Shown: positions 43,418-53,789 of the stretch, in pieces
Numbering within the stretch: the stretch's first letter is position 1
Layout of the letters: the number at the start of each line of letters is the position of its first letter
From: an uncultured Alphaproteobacteria bacterium
GTDB taxonomy: Bacteria; Pseudomonadota; Alphaproteobacteria; Rhizobiales; Beijerinckiaceae
DNA length: 64,000 nucleotides
Direction: 5' to 3'
Assembly: GCA_963759985.1 (NCBI GenBank)
Contig: CAVXBI010000002.1
Location: 105,111 to 169,110, forward strand
Notes under the pieces: generated by a model
Seen by the model: only the letters and a program-made list of their open reading frames with translations
What the model was told of the DNA's origin: nothing
Databases searched by the model: none
Position numbers and translations under genes: made by a program

Positions 43418-44482
43418 TTAGCCTGAGGTGAGTTGAACCAGCTGCGGCTTCATCTCCTGTTGCTGGCGTACGATCGCTTCAATGTTCGAGCGAACGTCGT
43501 ATTGCATTTGCCAATCGGGGAAATGGCTCTTTACCTTGCTTAAATCAGAAATGTAGCAGATGTGATCGCCGATCCGGGCCTTGTCGCTTAGCCGATACTT
43601 GAGCCGGTAGCCCATGGTGTCGAGAATCGCGATCGTTTCGAGGATGGAAAGGCTGTTGGAGCGGCCGCCGCCGAGATTATAAACCTCGCCCCGTCGCGGA
43701 TTTTTGTAGAACTCCCAGAACAGCGACGCCACATCGTCGCAGTGGATCTGGTCGCGCACCTGCTTTCCTTTGTAGCCGAAAATCGTGTATTCGCGGTGCT
43801 GCATCGCACACAAAACGATATAGGTCAGGTAGCCGTGCAACTCGACTGCCGCGTGCAGCGGTCCCGTCAGGCAGCCGCAACGGAAAATGCCGACCGGCAT
43901 GTCGAAATACCGCCCGAACTCCTGCGCGAGCACGTCGGCTGCGACCTTCGAGGCACCGAACAGCGAGTGAAGGCAATTATCGATCGACATGCTTTCATCG
44001 ATGCCATCGAGCCCACCGGCATAATCGTAACGTGTCTCCAGCTCTTGCAACGGCAGGAAATTCGGCCGATCGCCATAGACTTTGTTTGTGCTGGTGAAGC
44101 AAAAGGGGGATTCGGGGCAAAAATCGCGTGCCGCGACGAGCAGGTTCAACGTGCCGACGGCATTGACGTCGAAATCCTCGTAGGGTATCGCCGCCGCCTT
44201 GTCGTGCGACGGTTGCGCTGCGGTATGGATGATGAACTGTGGCCGCTCCGCCTTGAAGACCTCGCGCATGCGCAGTCGGTCGCGAATGTCGGCTGAGAGG
44301 TGACGATAGCGCGGGAACTGCTGCTTGAGATCTTCGACCACCGATGCGGTCGAGCCGGCAGGACCGAAGAACTCGCGCCGCATATCGTTGTCGATGCCGA
44401 TCACGTCCCAACCTCGGGACGCCATCATCTTTACGCACGCGGAACCGATCAGGCCCCCCGAACCCGTTACTATTGCCCTCAT
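43418..44482 (-). CDS. NAD-dependent nucleotide-sugar epimerase/dehydratase (CDP-paratose 2-epimerase-like)
   Basis: GSGGLIG, HTAAQPSH, STNKVYG, GKQVRDQIH, YNLGGG. Confidence 0.9.
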   Translation of the reverse strand: MRAIVTGSGGLIGSACVKMMASRGWDVIGIDNDMRREFFGPAGSTASVVEDLKQQFPRYRHLSADIRDRLRMREVFKAERPQFIIHTAAQPSHDKAAAIPYEDFDVNAVGTLNLLVAARDFCPESPFCFTSTNKVYGDRPNFLPLQELETRYDYAGGLDGIDESMSIDNCLHSLFGASKVAADVLAQEFGRYFDMPVGIFRCGCLTGPLHAAVELHGYLTYIVLCAMQHREYTIFGYKGKQVRDQIHCDDVASLFWEFYKNPRRGEVYNLGGGRSNSLSILETIAILDTMGYRLKYRLSDKARIGDHICYISDLSKVKSHFPDWQMQYDVRSNIEAIVRQQQEMKPQLVQLTSG

Positions 44483-44715
44483 AATCGTCCTTCGCGGCCG
44501 CTCTTGACGAATACTAACTCATAGAGTGGACGCGACCCCCACTTGGACAATCCTACTAAAAACCGAAGGCGCGTCAACGCCGCCACAACGGCTCCATGGC
44601 GCCAAAAATTGGGGGAGATTGAGATCCGCCTACAATCAGAACGCGATCTTACGCCGATATGGATCCGTCGCCGTATCGCATGTCGCGAGTCTTTATCGGG
44701 ACCGGTCCATCGAGG

Positions 44716-45261
44716 TCATGCCTCCAACTCCGCCGGAAGCAACGGGATCAGGTGAACCTCCCGCAGGTAGTTCACAAAACCCACGTGATTTGCAGAGAGA
44801 GTCCTGACGATCTCGTCAAGATCTTCGATCGTGTATCCGATTTTTTCGCCGTCGTCCGCGGCAAATTCGCCGCCGGAAACGGCGGAATCATTGCCCCGCA
44901 CTTTGACGCGGGGAGGGGGTTGAAGGATCCAATCCGGCTAAATCCAGTTCGAATAGCGAACCGCCGTCCATGTGGAATGCGCAATGTCATTTCGCAGCTG
45001 CGTTAGCCCTTGGGGAATTTTCAGGTATTCGCAGACGCGATCATATTGATCGAGCGGGACTGCCCGATGACGAAGCAGATCGAGGAGCGCCTTCCGTTTG
45101 CCTTCAAAGTCGAGGCCACGGGTCAAGAGCATGACCGCGGCATAATCTGAGCCTGCAACCGTGGCGCTGATTTCCAATATAAGCCGCTCATAACCCGCGA
45201 ACCAGTGAATGATGGTTCCGAAGAGCAGCAAATGGCGCTCGGTCAGGCAATCTTCTGGCAT
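44716..45261 (-). pseudogene. HEPN-like (RNDIAH) protein interrupted by one in-frame TAG at 44938-44940
   Basis: ORFs 44938..45261 and 44716..44901 share a frame; strong GGAGG SD; RxxxxH motif. Confidence 0.6.
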
Positions 45262-45318
45262 GTTCCTTCCTCCACGCCAAGGATATCCAAGAAAAGCCGT
45301 GACCGGTTTGCCTGCAAT

Positions 45319-45471
45319 CTATCGCGGCAATTTCTTCTCCCGGGAGCGCCTCTTTTGCTGCACGGGAATTCTCAGGGGAATATGCTGCTTGTCGTTTCCC
45401 GCTACTCTGCCCAGGGCAAGAAAGGAGAGTCCAATCGACAGAGCTAGAGAGAGAAAAGACCCGATCAGCAT
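45319..45471 (-). CDS. Unannotated 50-aa single-TM small protein
   Basis: MLIGSFLSLALSIGLSFLALGRVAGNDKQHIPLRIPVQQKRRSREKKLPR; SD AAGGGAG 8 nt upstream; FixK box upstream. Confidence 0.6.
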   Translation of the reverse strand: MLIGSFLSLALSIGLSFLALGRVAGNDKQHIPLRIPVQQKRRSREKKLPR

Positions 45472-45520
45472 GACGATAACTCCCTTGGCGGCCAAATTGC
45501 CAAATTCCCGCGTGAACGCT

Positions 45521-45534
45521 TTGCGCTATGTCAA
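45521..45534. promoter_or_regulatory. FixK/FNR-type box
   Basis: TTGC-GCTATG-TCAA. Confidence 0.6.
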
Positions 45535-45570
45535 TTCGCGGCAGCACGATCCGCTTCGCCGCTCCGGTTG

Positions 45571-46611
45571 CTAGGCCGCGATGATCACCTTCAGCGCATG
45601 CGTATCCGCCGCGCGCCTGAACGTGTCATAGGCGTCAAGAATCTGATCGAGCTTGAACCGATGCGTGATCAGGCGCGCAGGGTCGATCTTCTTCGACTGC
45701 ACCGTTTTCAGGAGCATGGGTGTCGTAACCGTATCGACCAGCCTTGTCGTAATCTCGATGTTCTGCGACCACAACCACTCCAGATGCAGATCGACCTTGC
45801 GGCCATGCACGCCGATGTTGGCAATAACGCCGCCGGGATCCACGATCTCTTCGCAGAGCTGAAAGGTTGCAGGTATTCCGACAGCTTCGATGGCGGTATC
45901 GACGCCACGTCCGCCGGTCAGCACCTTCACCGCCTCGGCGGCCTTTCCGTCCGCGCTGTTGATCGTATGCGTCGCACCGAACTGACGGGCGAGCCCAAGC
46001 CGATTGTCGTCGAGATCGATCATGATGATCATGGCTGGGGAATAGAATTGTGCCGTCAGCAGCGCCGCGAGCCCGATCGGACCTGTCCCGACGATCGCGA
46101 CCGTCGAGCCCGGCGCGACCTTGCCGTTGAGCACCCCGCATTCGAAGCCGGTGGGCAGGATGTCGCTCAGCATCACCAACGCCTCTTCATCGGCACCTTC
46201 GGGAATATGGTAGAGGCTGGTATCGGCATGCGGCGTGCGGACATATTCCGCTTGGGTTCCATCGATCTCGTTGCCGAGAATCCAGCCGCCGGTCGTGCAA
46301 TGCGAATACATGCCGCGCCGGCAATATTCGCATTTGCCGCAAGAGGTGATGCAGGAGATCAAGACTCTGTCGCCGGTCCGGAACTCGGTCACGCCGGGGC
46401 CGACGGAATCGATGACCCCGACGCCTTCGTGACCGAGGACGCGGCCCGGCGCGCAAGTCGGAACATCGCCCTTCAGGATGTGAAGATCAGTCCCGCAAAT
46501 GGTCGTCTTGACCATCTTCACGATCGCGTCACCGGGGGCCTCAATCTTGGGCTTGGGGCGGTCTTCGAGTGCCGCCTGCTGACCCGGCCCATGGTAAACG
46601 AGCGCTTTCAT
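45571..46611 (-). CDS. Zinc-dependent alcohol dehydrogenase family protein
   Basis: TICGTDLH, GHEGVG, CGKCEYC..C, GTGPIG. Confidence 0.93.
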   Translation of the reverse strand: MKALVYHGPGQQAALEDRPKPKIEAPGDAIVKMVKTTICGTDLHILKGDVPTCAPGRVLGHEGVGVIDSVGPGVTEFRTGDRVLISCITSCGKCEYCRRGMYSHCTTGGWILGNEIDGTQAEYVRTPHADTSLYHIPEGADEEALVMLSDILPTGFECGVLNGKVAPGSTVAIVGTGPIGLAALLTAQFYSPAMIIMIDLDDNRLGLARQFGATHTINSADGKAAEAVKVLTGGRGVDTAIEAVGIPATFQLCEEIVDPGGVIANIGVHGRKVDLHLEWLWSQNIEITTRLVDTVTTPMLLKTVQSKKIDPARLITHRFKLDQILDAYDTFRRAADTHALKVIIAA

Positions 46612-46668
46612 GGCGTTCTCCTGGAATCCAATGCGGCCCGTAGATATGGCGCAAGCCGTCAGCGCGCC

Positions 46669-46682
46669 TTGCGCTCGATCAA
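46669..46682. promoter_or_regulatory. FixK/FNR-type box upstream of adh
   Basis: TTGC-GCTCGA-TCAA. Confidence 0.65.
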
Positions 46683-46796
46683 GTGGGACTTGGCCTGGAA
46701 TCTTCCCCTGAGCATCCTATTCTTCTGCGCTTAGGTTTTCCTGGGTGCTTGCGTTATACTAAATCATACCAATTTCATGCCTCCACCGGACCCGTA

Positions 46797-48677
46797 ATGG
46801 CTGCAGAGACAGGCCCTGATTCCGCTATTCTCGATGAGGACTCTTTACTAGCCATCGAAGCAGCCGGCGTCGGAACTTGGCGATGGGACCTCGCGACGAA
46901 TACCGTGAGCCTTTCAGCCTGTTCGCGCGAATTGATCGCCGCGCCGAACGATTGCATCGATTACCCGGAATTTCTCGCGCGGCTCCATCCCGATGATCGC
47001 GACTTGGTCGATCGTTCGCTTCGCCGGAGCGTCGCATCGGGCGAGCGACACGACGTCGCCTTTCGCCCTTTGCCAGAGGACAACAAAGAGCGTTGGCTGC
47101 GCCTGCGCGGAGGGCTTTTCGCCGATGCGGCACACCCGGTCGGGCTCCGAGGCATCCTGATCGATGTCATTCGGCGAACGGCGGACGAAGCGAATAGCCG
47201 CTTGGCCGCAATCGTTAAGTCGTCCGACGACGCCATTGTCGGGAAAACACTCGAGGGGATCGTCACGGATTGGAACCGCGGTGCCGAGAAAATTTTCGGC
47301 TATTCGGCCGAAGAGATGATCGGCAAATCCATCTCGATCCTCCTGCCGCCCGGGCATGAGAATGAGGAATCTGAAATTCTGGCGCGGCTCAAATCGGGCG
47401 AGCGGGTCGAACATTTCCAAACGCGGCGCCGACGCAAGGATGGCGAGATCATCGATGTGTCGCTGACTGCATCGCCTCTGCGCGATGCTTCCGGGCGCCT
47501 CATCGGGGCATCGAAGGTCGCCCGCGATATCACCGCTGCAAACCGTTCGCAGACCACGCTCGCCGAGCGCGAAGCGCACCTGCGATCCGTCCTTGACACG
47601 GTTCCCGACGCCATGATCGTGATCGACACGCAGGGTATCATGCAGTCGTTCAGCGCTACCGCCGAACGCCTCTTCGGCTATACGGCCGCGCAGGCGATTG
47701 GCGAAAATGTCAAAATCCTCATGCCGTCACCTTATCACGAGCAGCACGACAACTATCTGGGCCGCTATCTTGCGACGGGGGAGCGACGCATCATTGGGCT
47801 CCGCCGGATCGTCGTTGGGCGCCGCAAGGACGGCTCGACCTTTCCCATGGAGCTTTCGGTCGGTGAGATGCGATCCGGCGACCGACGTTTCTTTACCGGT
47901 TTCGTGCGTGACCTGACCGAGCGCCGGCAGACCGAGCAGCGCCTTCATGAATTGCAGAAAGAGCTCATCCACATGTCGCGGTTCACGGCGCTGGGGGAAA
48001 TGGCGTCGACGCTGGCGCATGAGCTCAATCAGCCCCTTACGGCCGTCGCCAATTATCTGAAAGGCGGCCGCCGCCTTCTCGAGGCCGGCCAGAGCAACAA
48101 TATCCCGATGGCGCGCGAGGCTATGGAGCGCGCGGCAGAGCAGGCGCTGCGGGCCGGACAGATCATCCGGCGCCTGCGCGAGTTCGTGGCCCGCGGTGAA
48201 AGCGAGCGGCAGGTCGAGAACCTCGTCAAGCTGATCGAGGAAGCGAGCGCGCTCGCTCTCGTCGGCGTCAAGGAGAGCGGCGTGCGGGTTTCCTTTGCAT
48301 TCGATCCACGCGTGGAATTCGTCCTCGCCGACAGGATTCAGGTCCAGCAGGTGCTGCTCAATCTGATGCGCAATGCCGTCGAGGCGATGCAGGAGATGCC
48401 CAAGCGCGAACTGAATGTCTCGACCCACCAACTTGACAGTGAGACCGTGCGGGTCGACGTGGGCGATACCGGGCCGGGCATCGCTTCCGACATAGCGGAT
48501 CAGCTGTTTCAGCCTTTCATCACGACGAAACGGCACGGCATGGGAGTTGGCTTGTCGATTTCGCGGACGATCATCGAATCGCATGGCGGGCGCCTCTGGG
48601 CCGAGCCAAATGCCGGCGGCGGAACTGTCTTCCGACTGACCCTCAAGACGATCGGGAACCTTGGCGATGGCAACTAG
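46797..48677 (+). CDS. fixL: Oxygen-sensing heme-PAS histidine kinase FixL
   Basis: Multiple PAS domains, [13 protein letters not shown] heme ligand region, [16 protein letters not shown]. Confidence 0.92.
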   Translation: MAAETGPDSAILDEDSLLAIEAAGVGTWRWDLATNTVSLSACSRELIAAPNDCIDYPEFLARLHPDDRDLVDRSLRRSVASGERHDVAFRPLPEDNKERWLRLRGGLFADAAHPVGLRGILIDVIRRTADEANSRLAAIVKSSDDAIVGKTLEGIVTDWNRGAEKIFGYSAEEMIGKSISILLPPGHENEESEILARLKSGERVEHFQTRRRRKDGEIIDVSLTASPLRDASGRLIGASKVARDITAANRSQTTLAEREAHLRSVLDTVPDAMIVIDTQGIMQSFSATAERLFGYTAAQAIGENVKILMPSPYHEQHDNYLGRYLATGERRIIGLRRIVVGRRKDGSTFPMELSVGEMRSGDRRFFTGFVRDLTERRQTEQRLHELQKELIHMSRFTALGEMASTLAHELNQPLTAVANYLKGGRRLLEAGQSNNIPMAREAMERAAEQALRAGQIIRRLREFVARGESERQVENLVKLIEEASALALVGVKESGVRVSFAFDPRVEFVLADRIQVQQVLLNLMRNAVEAMQEMPKRELNVSTHQLDSETVRVDVGDTGPGIASDIADQLFQPFITTKRHGMGVGLSISRTIIESHGGRLWAEPNAGGGTVFRLTLKTIGNLGDGN

Positions 48678-49287
48678 CGCCGTTGTGCATCTGATCGACG
48701 ACGATGAGGGAGTGCGGCAGTCTCTGGCCTTCCTGCTGACGACGGCGGGGCTGGCGGTGCGCGTCTACAAGTCGGGCGTCGCCTTTCTCGCCGCGGTCGA
48801 CAGTCTCCAGCCGGGTTGTGTCGTCAGCGACGTGCGCATGCCGGGGATCGACGGATTGGAACTGCAACGCCGTTTGAAGGAGCTAGGCGTGCATCTGCCG
48901 GTGATTATCATCACCGGCCATGCCGATGTCCCGCTGGCGGTCGAGGCGATGAAGGCAGGTGCCATCGACTTCATCGAAAAGCCCTTCGACGATGAACTGT
49001 TGCTCGGCGCTATCCGGGTGGCGCTCGACCGTTATGACGAGATCGGCCACCGAGACACGGAAGTCGCGCAGATCCATGCAAAGCTGCAGTCACTTTCCGC
49101 CCGCGAGCGAGAAGTACTCGATGGGCTGTTGGCGGGCTATCCGAACAAGACGATTGCCTATGATCTGAAGCTAAGTCCGCGGACGATCGAAGTGCATCGC
49201 GCCAACGTCATGACAAAGATGGGAGCCACCAGCCTCTCCGGCCTTGTGCGCATGGCTCTGCTCGCGAAAGTGCTGCCCGCCCGCTGA
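48667..49287 (+). CDS. fixJ: Response regulator FixJ
   Basis: [38 protein letters not shown]. Confidence 0.95.
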   Translation: MATSAVVHLIDDDEGVRQSLAFLLTTAGLAVRVYKSGVAFLAAVDSLQPGCVVSDVRMPGIDGLELQRRLKELGVHLPVIIITGHADVPLAVEAMKAGAIDFIEKPFDDELLLGAIRVALDRYDEIGHRDTEVAQIHAKLQSLSAREREVLDGLLAGYPNKTIAYDLKLSPRTIEVHRANVMTKMGATSLSGLVRMALLAKVLPAR

Positions 49288-49322
49288 CTTTGCCGGACCC
49301 AACGCGGCTCTGCCCCACCTCC

Positions 49323-49336
49323 TTGCGCTACATCAA
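49323..49336. promoter_or_regulatory. FixK/FNR-type box between fixJ and single-domain regulator
   Basis: TTGC-GCTACA-TCAA. Confidence 0.65.
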
Positions 49337-49410
49337 GGTTGAGCAGACCCGATGTCCTTATCATTTTTCCGTGATGCAAGACCGACTGGCTAGTCGGCTG
49401 GAGCGGAGTA

Positions 49411-49806
49411 ATGACCAAGGGACAGGATATCGTTTTGGTCGTCGATGACGATTTGGCCGTGCGCGAATCCCTCAAGTTCGCATTGGAACTCGAGGGGCTG
49501 GCCGTCCGCGCCTTCGGAAGCGGCAATGAATTGTTGGCGCACGCCGATCTGCCGCAGGCGCGCTGCCTCATCCTGGATTACAGGATGCCGGTCATGGACG
49601 GATTCGAGGTTCTCGACCGCTTGGCCGATCGGCATGTTCGGCTTCCGGTCATTCTCATCACCACCGATGCGACGAGCGCAATCCGCCATCGTGCGGCAAC
49701 TCGCGGGGTTCGGCACGTGCTCGAAAAGCCGCTCTCCGACAGCACCCTCGTGGAAAATATTCAAGACATTTTGGGCCGCCAAAAAGGAGCGGCGACTAGA
49801 ATCTGA
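49411..49806 (+). CDS. Single-domain response regulator
   Basis: VVDDD, LDYRMP, VLEKP; lies between fixJ and fixK as in Bradyrhizobium. Confidence 0.88.
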   Translation: MTKGQDIVLVVDDDLAVRESLKFALELEGLAVRAFGSGNELLAHADLPQARCLILDYRMPVMDGFEVLDRLADRHVRLPVILITTDATSAIRHRAATRGVRHVLEKPLSDSTLVENIQDILGRQKGAATRI

Positions 49807-49946
49807 TGCTTTTTCAGTCTGTTGCTGATTTCGGAAGCGACGCCTAAGGCTCGCCTGTTCGTAGAATCCCCTAGGACCTAACTCAATTTTCCGTCGAGGC
49901 CGCGACCCTTACAGAGAGCGAACATTCCTTGCGGTAGGAGGTCTCG

Positions 49947-50651
49947 ATGTCGACACAACTCGCTTACTCGACCGATCGCGCAGCTTCGACGGCCCCGGCT
50001 ATTGTGGCACGAGGCCCTTGGACGAGAACATCGATAGAGGATACGCCGGATCGGGACGGCGGCTTGAGCATGACGGCCGGGCCGGTGCAGCATTTCGGTC
50101 AAGATCAGGAGATTTACGGCGAAGGCGATCCCGCCGGTACCTTCTTTAAGGTCGTGTCGGGTGTTGTGCGCACGTGCAAGTTTCTGAGCGATGGGCGGCG
50201 GCAGATCGATGCCTTCTATATCGCCGGAGATATCTTCGGCTTGGAGGCCGGCGCGGAATACACGCTCTCGGCCGAAGCCGTCTGCGATTGCACCGTCGTT
50301 TCGTATCGCCGGCGCGGCAAGCCGGCCGCGAATGACGAGTCATTTTCACACCAGTTTTTCTCCTACGCGATGCGGAGCCTGGCGCGGGCGCAAGAACATG
50401 CGCTGCTGCTCGGGCGCAGAAGCGCCGTTGAAAAAGTCGCCGCATTCCTCATCGAGTGGGCGGGCTATTCGCCTGACAGCAAGGTCATCAGCTTGGCCAT
50501 GACGCGCCAGGATATCGCCGATTATCTGGGACTCACTATTGAGACGGTGTCACGGACATTGTCGCAACTGGAACGCAACTCCTTCATTGAAGTCGCTGCG
50601 CGCATGATCCGGGTGACCAATCCGACCGCGCTGCGCAATCTCAATTGCTAG
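49947..50651 (+). CDS. fixK: Crp/Fnr regulator FixK (no Fe-S Cys cluster)
   Basis: DGRRQI.AF...GDIFG, DIADYLGLTIETVSR recognition helix. Confidence 0.93.
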   Translation: MSTQLAYSTDRAASTAPAIVARGPWTRTSIEDTPDRDGGLSMTAGPVQHFGQDQEIYGEGDPAGTFFKVVSGVVRTCKFLSDGRRQIDAFYIAGDIFGLEAGAEYTLSAEAVCDCTVVSYRRRGKPAANDESFSHQFFSYAMRSLARAQEHALLLGRRSAVEKVAAFLIEWAGYSPDSKVISLAMTRQDIADYLGLTIETVSRTLSQLERNSFIEVAARMIRVTNPTALRNLNC

Positions 50652-50685
50652 TACCGACGGGAGGCGGACGCTTTAAGGAGGCGAA

Positions 50686-51249
50686 ATGTCAATGGACGTG
50701 ATGCAGGCCATTTACAAGCGGCGGGCGACGCGTGGTTTCACGACCGTGCCCGTCGCGGCGAAGGTGTTGGAAGACCTCGTTGCTGCGGCAATTCAGGCGC
50801 CGAGCGCGGTCAATGCGCAGCCATGGCATTTCACGATAATTCGGAGCCTGGCGCTTCTCGACCGGATATCGGCCGCCGCCAAGGCCTATATGCTGAAGAC
50901 GCTCGATCGGGACTCAGCCCCGAATGAAATTCGCGAGCATCTGGACAATCCGCGCTTTCACATCTTTTATCATGCACCGGCGCTCATCCTGATCTCGGCG
51001 AAGGCCGGCGATTGGGCGATCGAGGACGTTGGGCTCGCCGCGGAGAACCTCATGCTCGCCGCCTGCGCGCAGGGCGTGGGCACGTGCTGGATCGGTTTCG
51101 CCCAGCGCTGGCTGGAGACGGCCGAAGGTCGGCGTGCGATCGAGCTTGATGCAGATTACGTACCGATCGCTCCCATTGTCGTCGGCTACCCGACTGAACC
51201 AGCGCTGCCGGTTCCGCGCAAACCCGCGCTGATACGTTGGCTTGACTGA
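50686..51249 (+). CDS. Nitroreductase family protein
   Basis: IYKRRATR.F, APSAVNAQPWHF, AENLMLAA..GVGTCWIG. Confidence 0.9.
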   Translation: MSMDVMQAIYKRRATRGFTTVPVAAKVLEDLVAAAIQAPSAVNAQPWHFTIIRSLALLDRISAAAKAYMLKTLDRDSAPNEIREHLDNPRFHIFYHAPALILISAKAGDWAIEDVGLAAENLMLAACAQGVGTCWIGFAQRWLETAEGRRAIELDADYVPIAPIVVGYPTEPALPVPRKPALIRWLD

Positions 51250-51314
51250 TCGACACCGAGGCGAGCGGGTAGCTCGTCTTTCGCGCCAAATCCTGCCCCC
51301 CGCAATGCGGGCGC

Positions 51315-52328
51315 CTAGTGGTAACCGATATCGCCTCGGACCTTGCCGCGGAAGACCCAATAGGACCATGCCGTATAAAGCAGGATCACGGGCAGCAGCA
51401 CGAGCGTACCGATAAGCAGGAAATTCTGCGTGCTTTGCGAAGAGGACGCCTGCCAGAGCGTAAGATGATAGGGCACGATCATCGGCCAGAGGCTGATGGC
51501 AATGCCAAGGTAGGACAAGAGAAACAGCAGGACCGCCGCCACGAATGGCGAGCCTTCCGCCTCGCTGTTGAGCGCCCGCCATTCCCAGAAGGCGACGAGC
51601 GCAGTCACGACCGGCACCGGCGCGAGAAAGACGATGTTGGGCCAGCTGAACCAGCGCGTGGCGATCTCATGGTTGGTCAGCGGAGTCCAGATGCTGACGA
51701 TGCCGATTGCGGCGAGGACGCCGATCAGGCACCAGCGCCCCTGCTGCCGGGCGCGCGCCTGCAATTGCCCTTCGGTCTTCAAGATCAGCCAACCGGTGCC
51801 GAGAAGGGCATAGCCGAAAACCAGAGCCACCCCGGTCAGAATCGAGAACGGCGTAAAGCAGTCGAGGGATCCGCCGGTGAAAGCTTGGCCGTCGGTTCGA
51901 AAGCCTTGAATGAAGGCGCCGAGGACAATGCCTTGCGCGAAGGTCGCGATGGCCGAGCCGTAGCAGAAGGCGTGATCCCAGAAAGTGCGATGCTCGGCGT
52001 CGCGAAAACGGAATTCGAAGGCGACGCCACGAAAGATCAGCGCCAACAGCATCAACGCCACCGGAAAATAGACGGCGGGGATGATGATGGCAAAGGCCAA
52101 CGGGAAAGCGGCGAGCAACCCGACGCCGCCGAGGATCAGCCAAGTCTCGTTGCCGTCCCAGACCGGGACGATCGTGCTCATCGCCAAGTTGCGCGATGTC
52201 CGGTCGCCGATGAAGCCATAGAGAATACCGACGCCGAGATCGAACCCGTCGAGCAGGACATAGAGGAAGATGCCGACGCCGAGTATGATCGTCCAGACCG
52301 GTACCAGATCCAAGGTGAACAGGCTCAT
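51315..52328 (-). CDS. cydB: Cytochrome bd ubiquinol oxidase subunit II
   Basis: YVLLDGFDLGVG, PVWDGNETWL, LIFRGVAFEFR, YWVFRGKV. Confidence 0.96.
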   Translation of the reverse strand: MSLFTLDLVPVWTIILGVGIFLYVLLDGFDLGVGILYGFIGDRTSRNLAMSTIVPVWDGNETWLILGGVGLLAAFPLAFAIIIPAVYFPVALMLLALIFRGVAFEFRFRDAEHRTFWDHAFCYGSAIATFAQGIVLGAFIQGFRTDGQAFTGGSLDCFTPFSILTGVALVFGYALLGTGWLILKTEGQLQARARQQGRWCLIGVLAAIGIVSIWTPLTNHEIATRWFSWPNIVFLAPVPVVTALVAFWEWRALNSEAEGSPFVAAVLLFLLSYLGIAISLWPMIVPYHLTLWQASSSQSTQNFLLIGTLVLLPVILLYTAWSYWVFRGKVRGDIGYH

Positions 52329-53734
52329 GGCTGGCCTCCTTCGCTGCTGGGCGCGGCAGGAAGCGCGTAGACGGGCTGCTCTGGTCGACCGCTCTCGATC
52401 GGCTCATCGGGAACGGTCGTGTCCGGGCCGCGCCGCAGGATCCGGGCCATGATGATGAGGCCGGCTGGGAAGATGATGAGATAGACGATGACGTAACCGA
52501 TGAAGGAGAGGAGCACGTCGGCACCGGTCAGCGAGGGCGTTACGGAATCGACGGTGCGCAGCAATCCGTAGACGGTCCAAGGCTGACGCCCGACCTCGGT
52601 CGTCGTCCAGCCGGCAAGCACGGCGATGAATCCCAGGGGCGCGGCAATCTCGCAGACCTTCAGAAAGAGGCGGTTGTCGTAGACCCGCCCGTTTGGCCGC
52701 ATAAGATTGCCGATTGCTACCAGGGCAAGCATCAGAAAGCCGATGCCGACCATGATTCTGAATGTCCAGAAGACGATAGGTGAGTCGGGCCGGTCTTGCG
52801 GCGGGAAGTCGTCCAGACCGTGAATGCTGCCATCCCATGAGTGGGTCAAGATCACACTGCCGAGGTGCGGAATCTCGATCTCGTCGAGCGTCGCCGCGTC
52901 TTTCATATCCGGCCAGCCGAACAAGATAAGCGGCACGCTCCCGCCTGGTTTGGCCCCCCAATAGCCTTCCATCGCGGCGATCTTGGCCGGCTGATATTTG
53001 AGCGTGTTGAGCCCGTGCAGGTCGCCGAGGAAGAATTGCAGCGGGACGAGCACGAGCAGAAGCCACAGCGTCGTTGACAGGATGACCCGGCCTTCCTCGA
53101 GGAATTGGCCGCGCCGGATCAGATAGGCCGCCACGCCCAGCACCACAAATCCTGTCGTTACGTAGAAGGCGCAGACCGTGTGGGTGAGACGATAGGGAAA
53201 GGATGGATTGAAAATGATCTGCCACCAGTCCTTCGGGAAGAAGCGCCCATCGATCAAGGCGTAGCCGGCCGGAGTTTGCATCCAGCTGTTGACCGACAGG
53301 ATCCAGAAGGCGGAGAAGAGCGTGCCGAACGCGACCATGAGCGCGGCAACGAAATGCATCCAAGGCGGAACCAGCCGGCGACCGAAGAGGAGCACGCCGA
53401 GGAAAGTGGCCTCGAGGAAAAAGGCGGTCAGGCCTTCATAGCCGAGCAGTGGAGAAAGCACGTTGGCTGTCGCCAGCGAGAAACGGCTCCAGTTCGTGCC
53501 GAACTGGAACGGCATGACGATGCCGGACACGACGCCCATCCCGAATGCGACAGAAAAGATCCTGATCCAGAAGGTCGAAATTCGGAAATAGACTTCACGC
53601 TTCGTGAAGAAGTGCAGACCCTCCATGAATGCGATAAAGGAGGCGATGCCGATCGTGAAGGCCGGCAGCATGACATGAAAGGCGACGACCCAGACGAATT
53701 GCAATCGCGATAACAGAATCGGGTCGAGAGACAT
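52325..53734 (-). CDS. cydA: Cytochrome bd ubiquinol oxidase subunit I (short Q-loop, CIO-like)
   Basis: SRLQF..FH, GIVMPFQFG, YEGLTAFFLEA, QPAKIAAMEG, EVGRQPW. Confidence 0.96.
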   Translation of the reverse strand: MSLDPILLSRLQFVWVVAFHVMLPAFTIGIASFIAFMEGLHFFTKREVYFRISTFWIRIFSVAFGMGVVSGIVMPFQFGTNWSRFSLATANVLSPLLGYEGLTAFFLEATFLGVLLFGRRLVPPWMHFVAALMVAFGTLFSAFWILSVNSWMQTPAGYALIDGRFFPKDWWQIIFNPSFPYRLTHTVCAFYVTTGFVVLGVAAYLIRRGQFLEEGRVILSTTLWLLLVLVPLQFFLGDLHGLNTLKYQPAKIAAMEGYWGAKPGGSVPLILFGWPDMKDAATLDEIEIPHLGSVILTHSWDGSIHGLDDFPPQDRPDSPIVFWTFRIMVGIGFLMLALVAIGNLMRPNGRVYDNRLFLKVCEIAAPLGFIAVLAGWTTTEVGRQPWTVYGLLRTVDSVTPSLTGADVLLSFIGYVIVYLIIFPAGLIIMARILRRGPDTTVPDEPIESGRPEQPVYALPAAPSSEGGQP

Positions 53735-53789
53735 TATCCCCTCCAAAACGGTCTTTGCCTGCGCCAGCTCGCCACTCCGCGCTCAGGAC

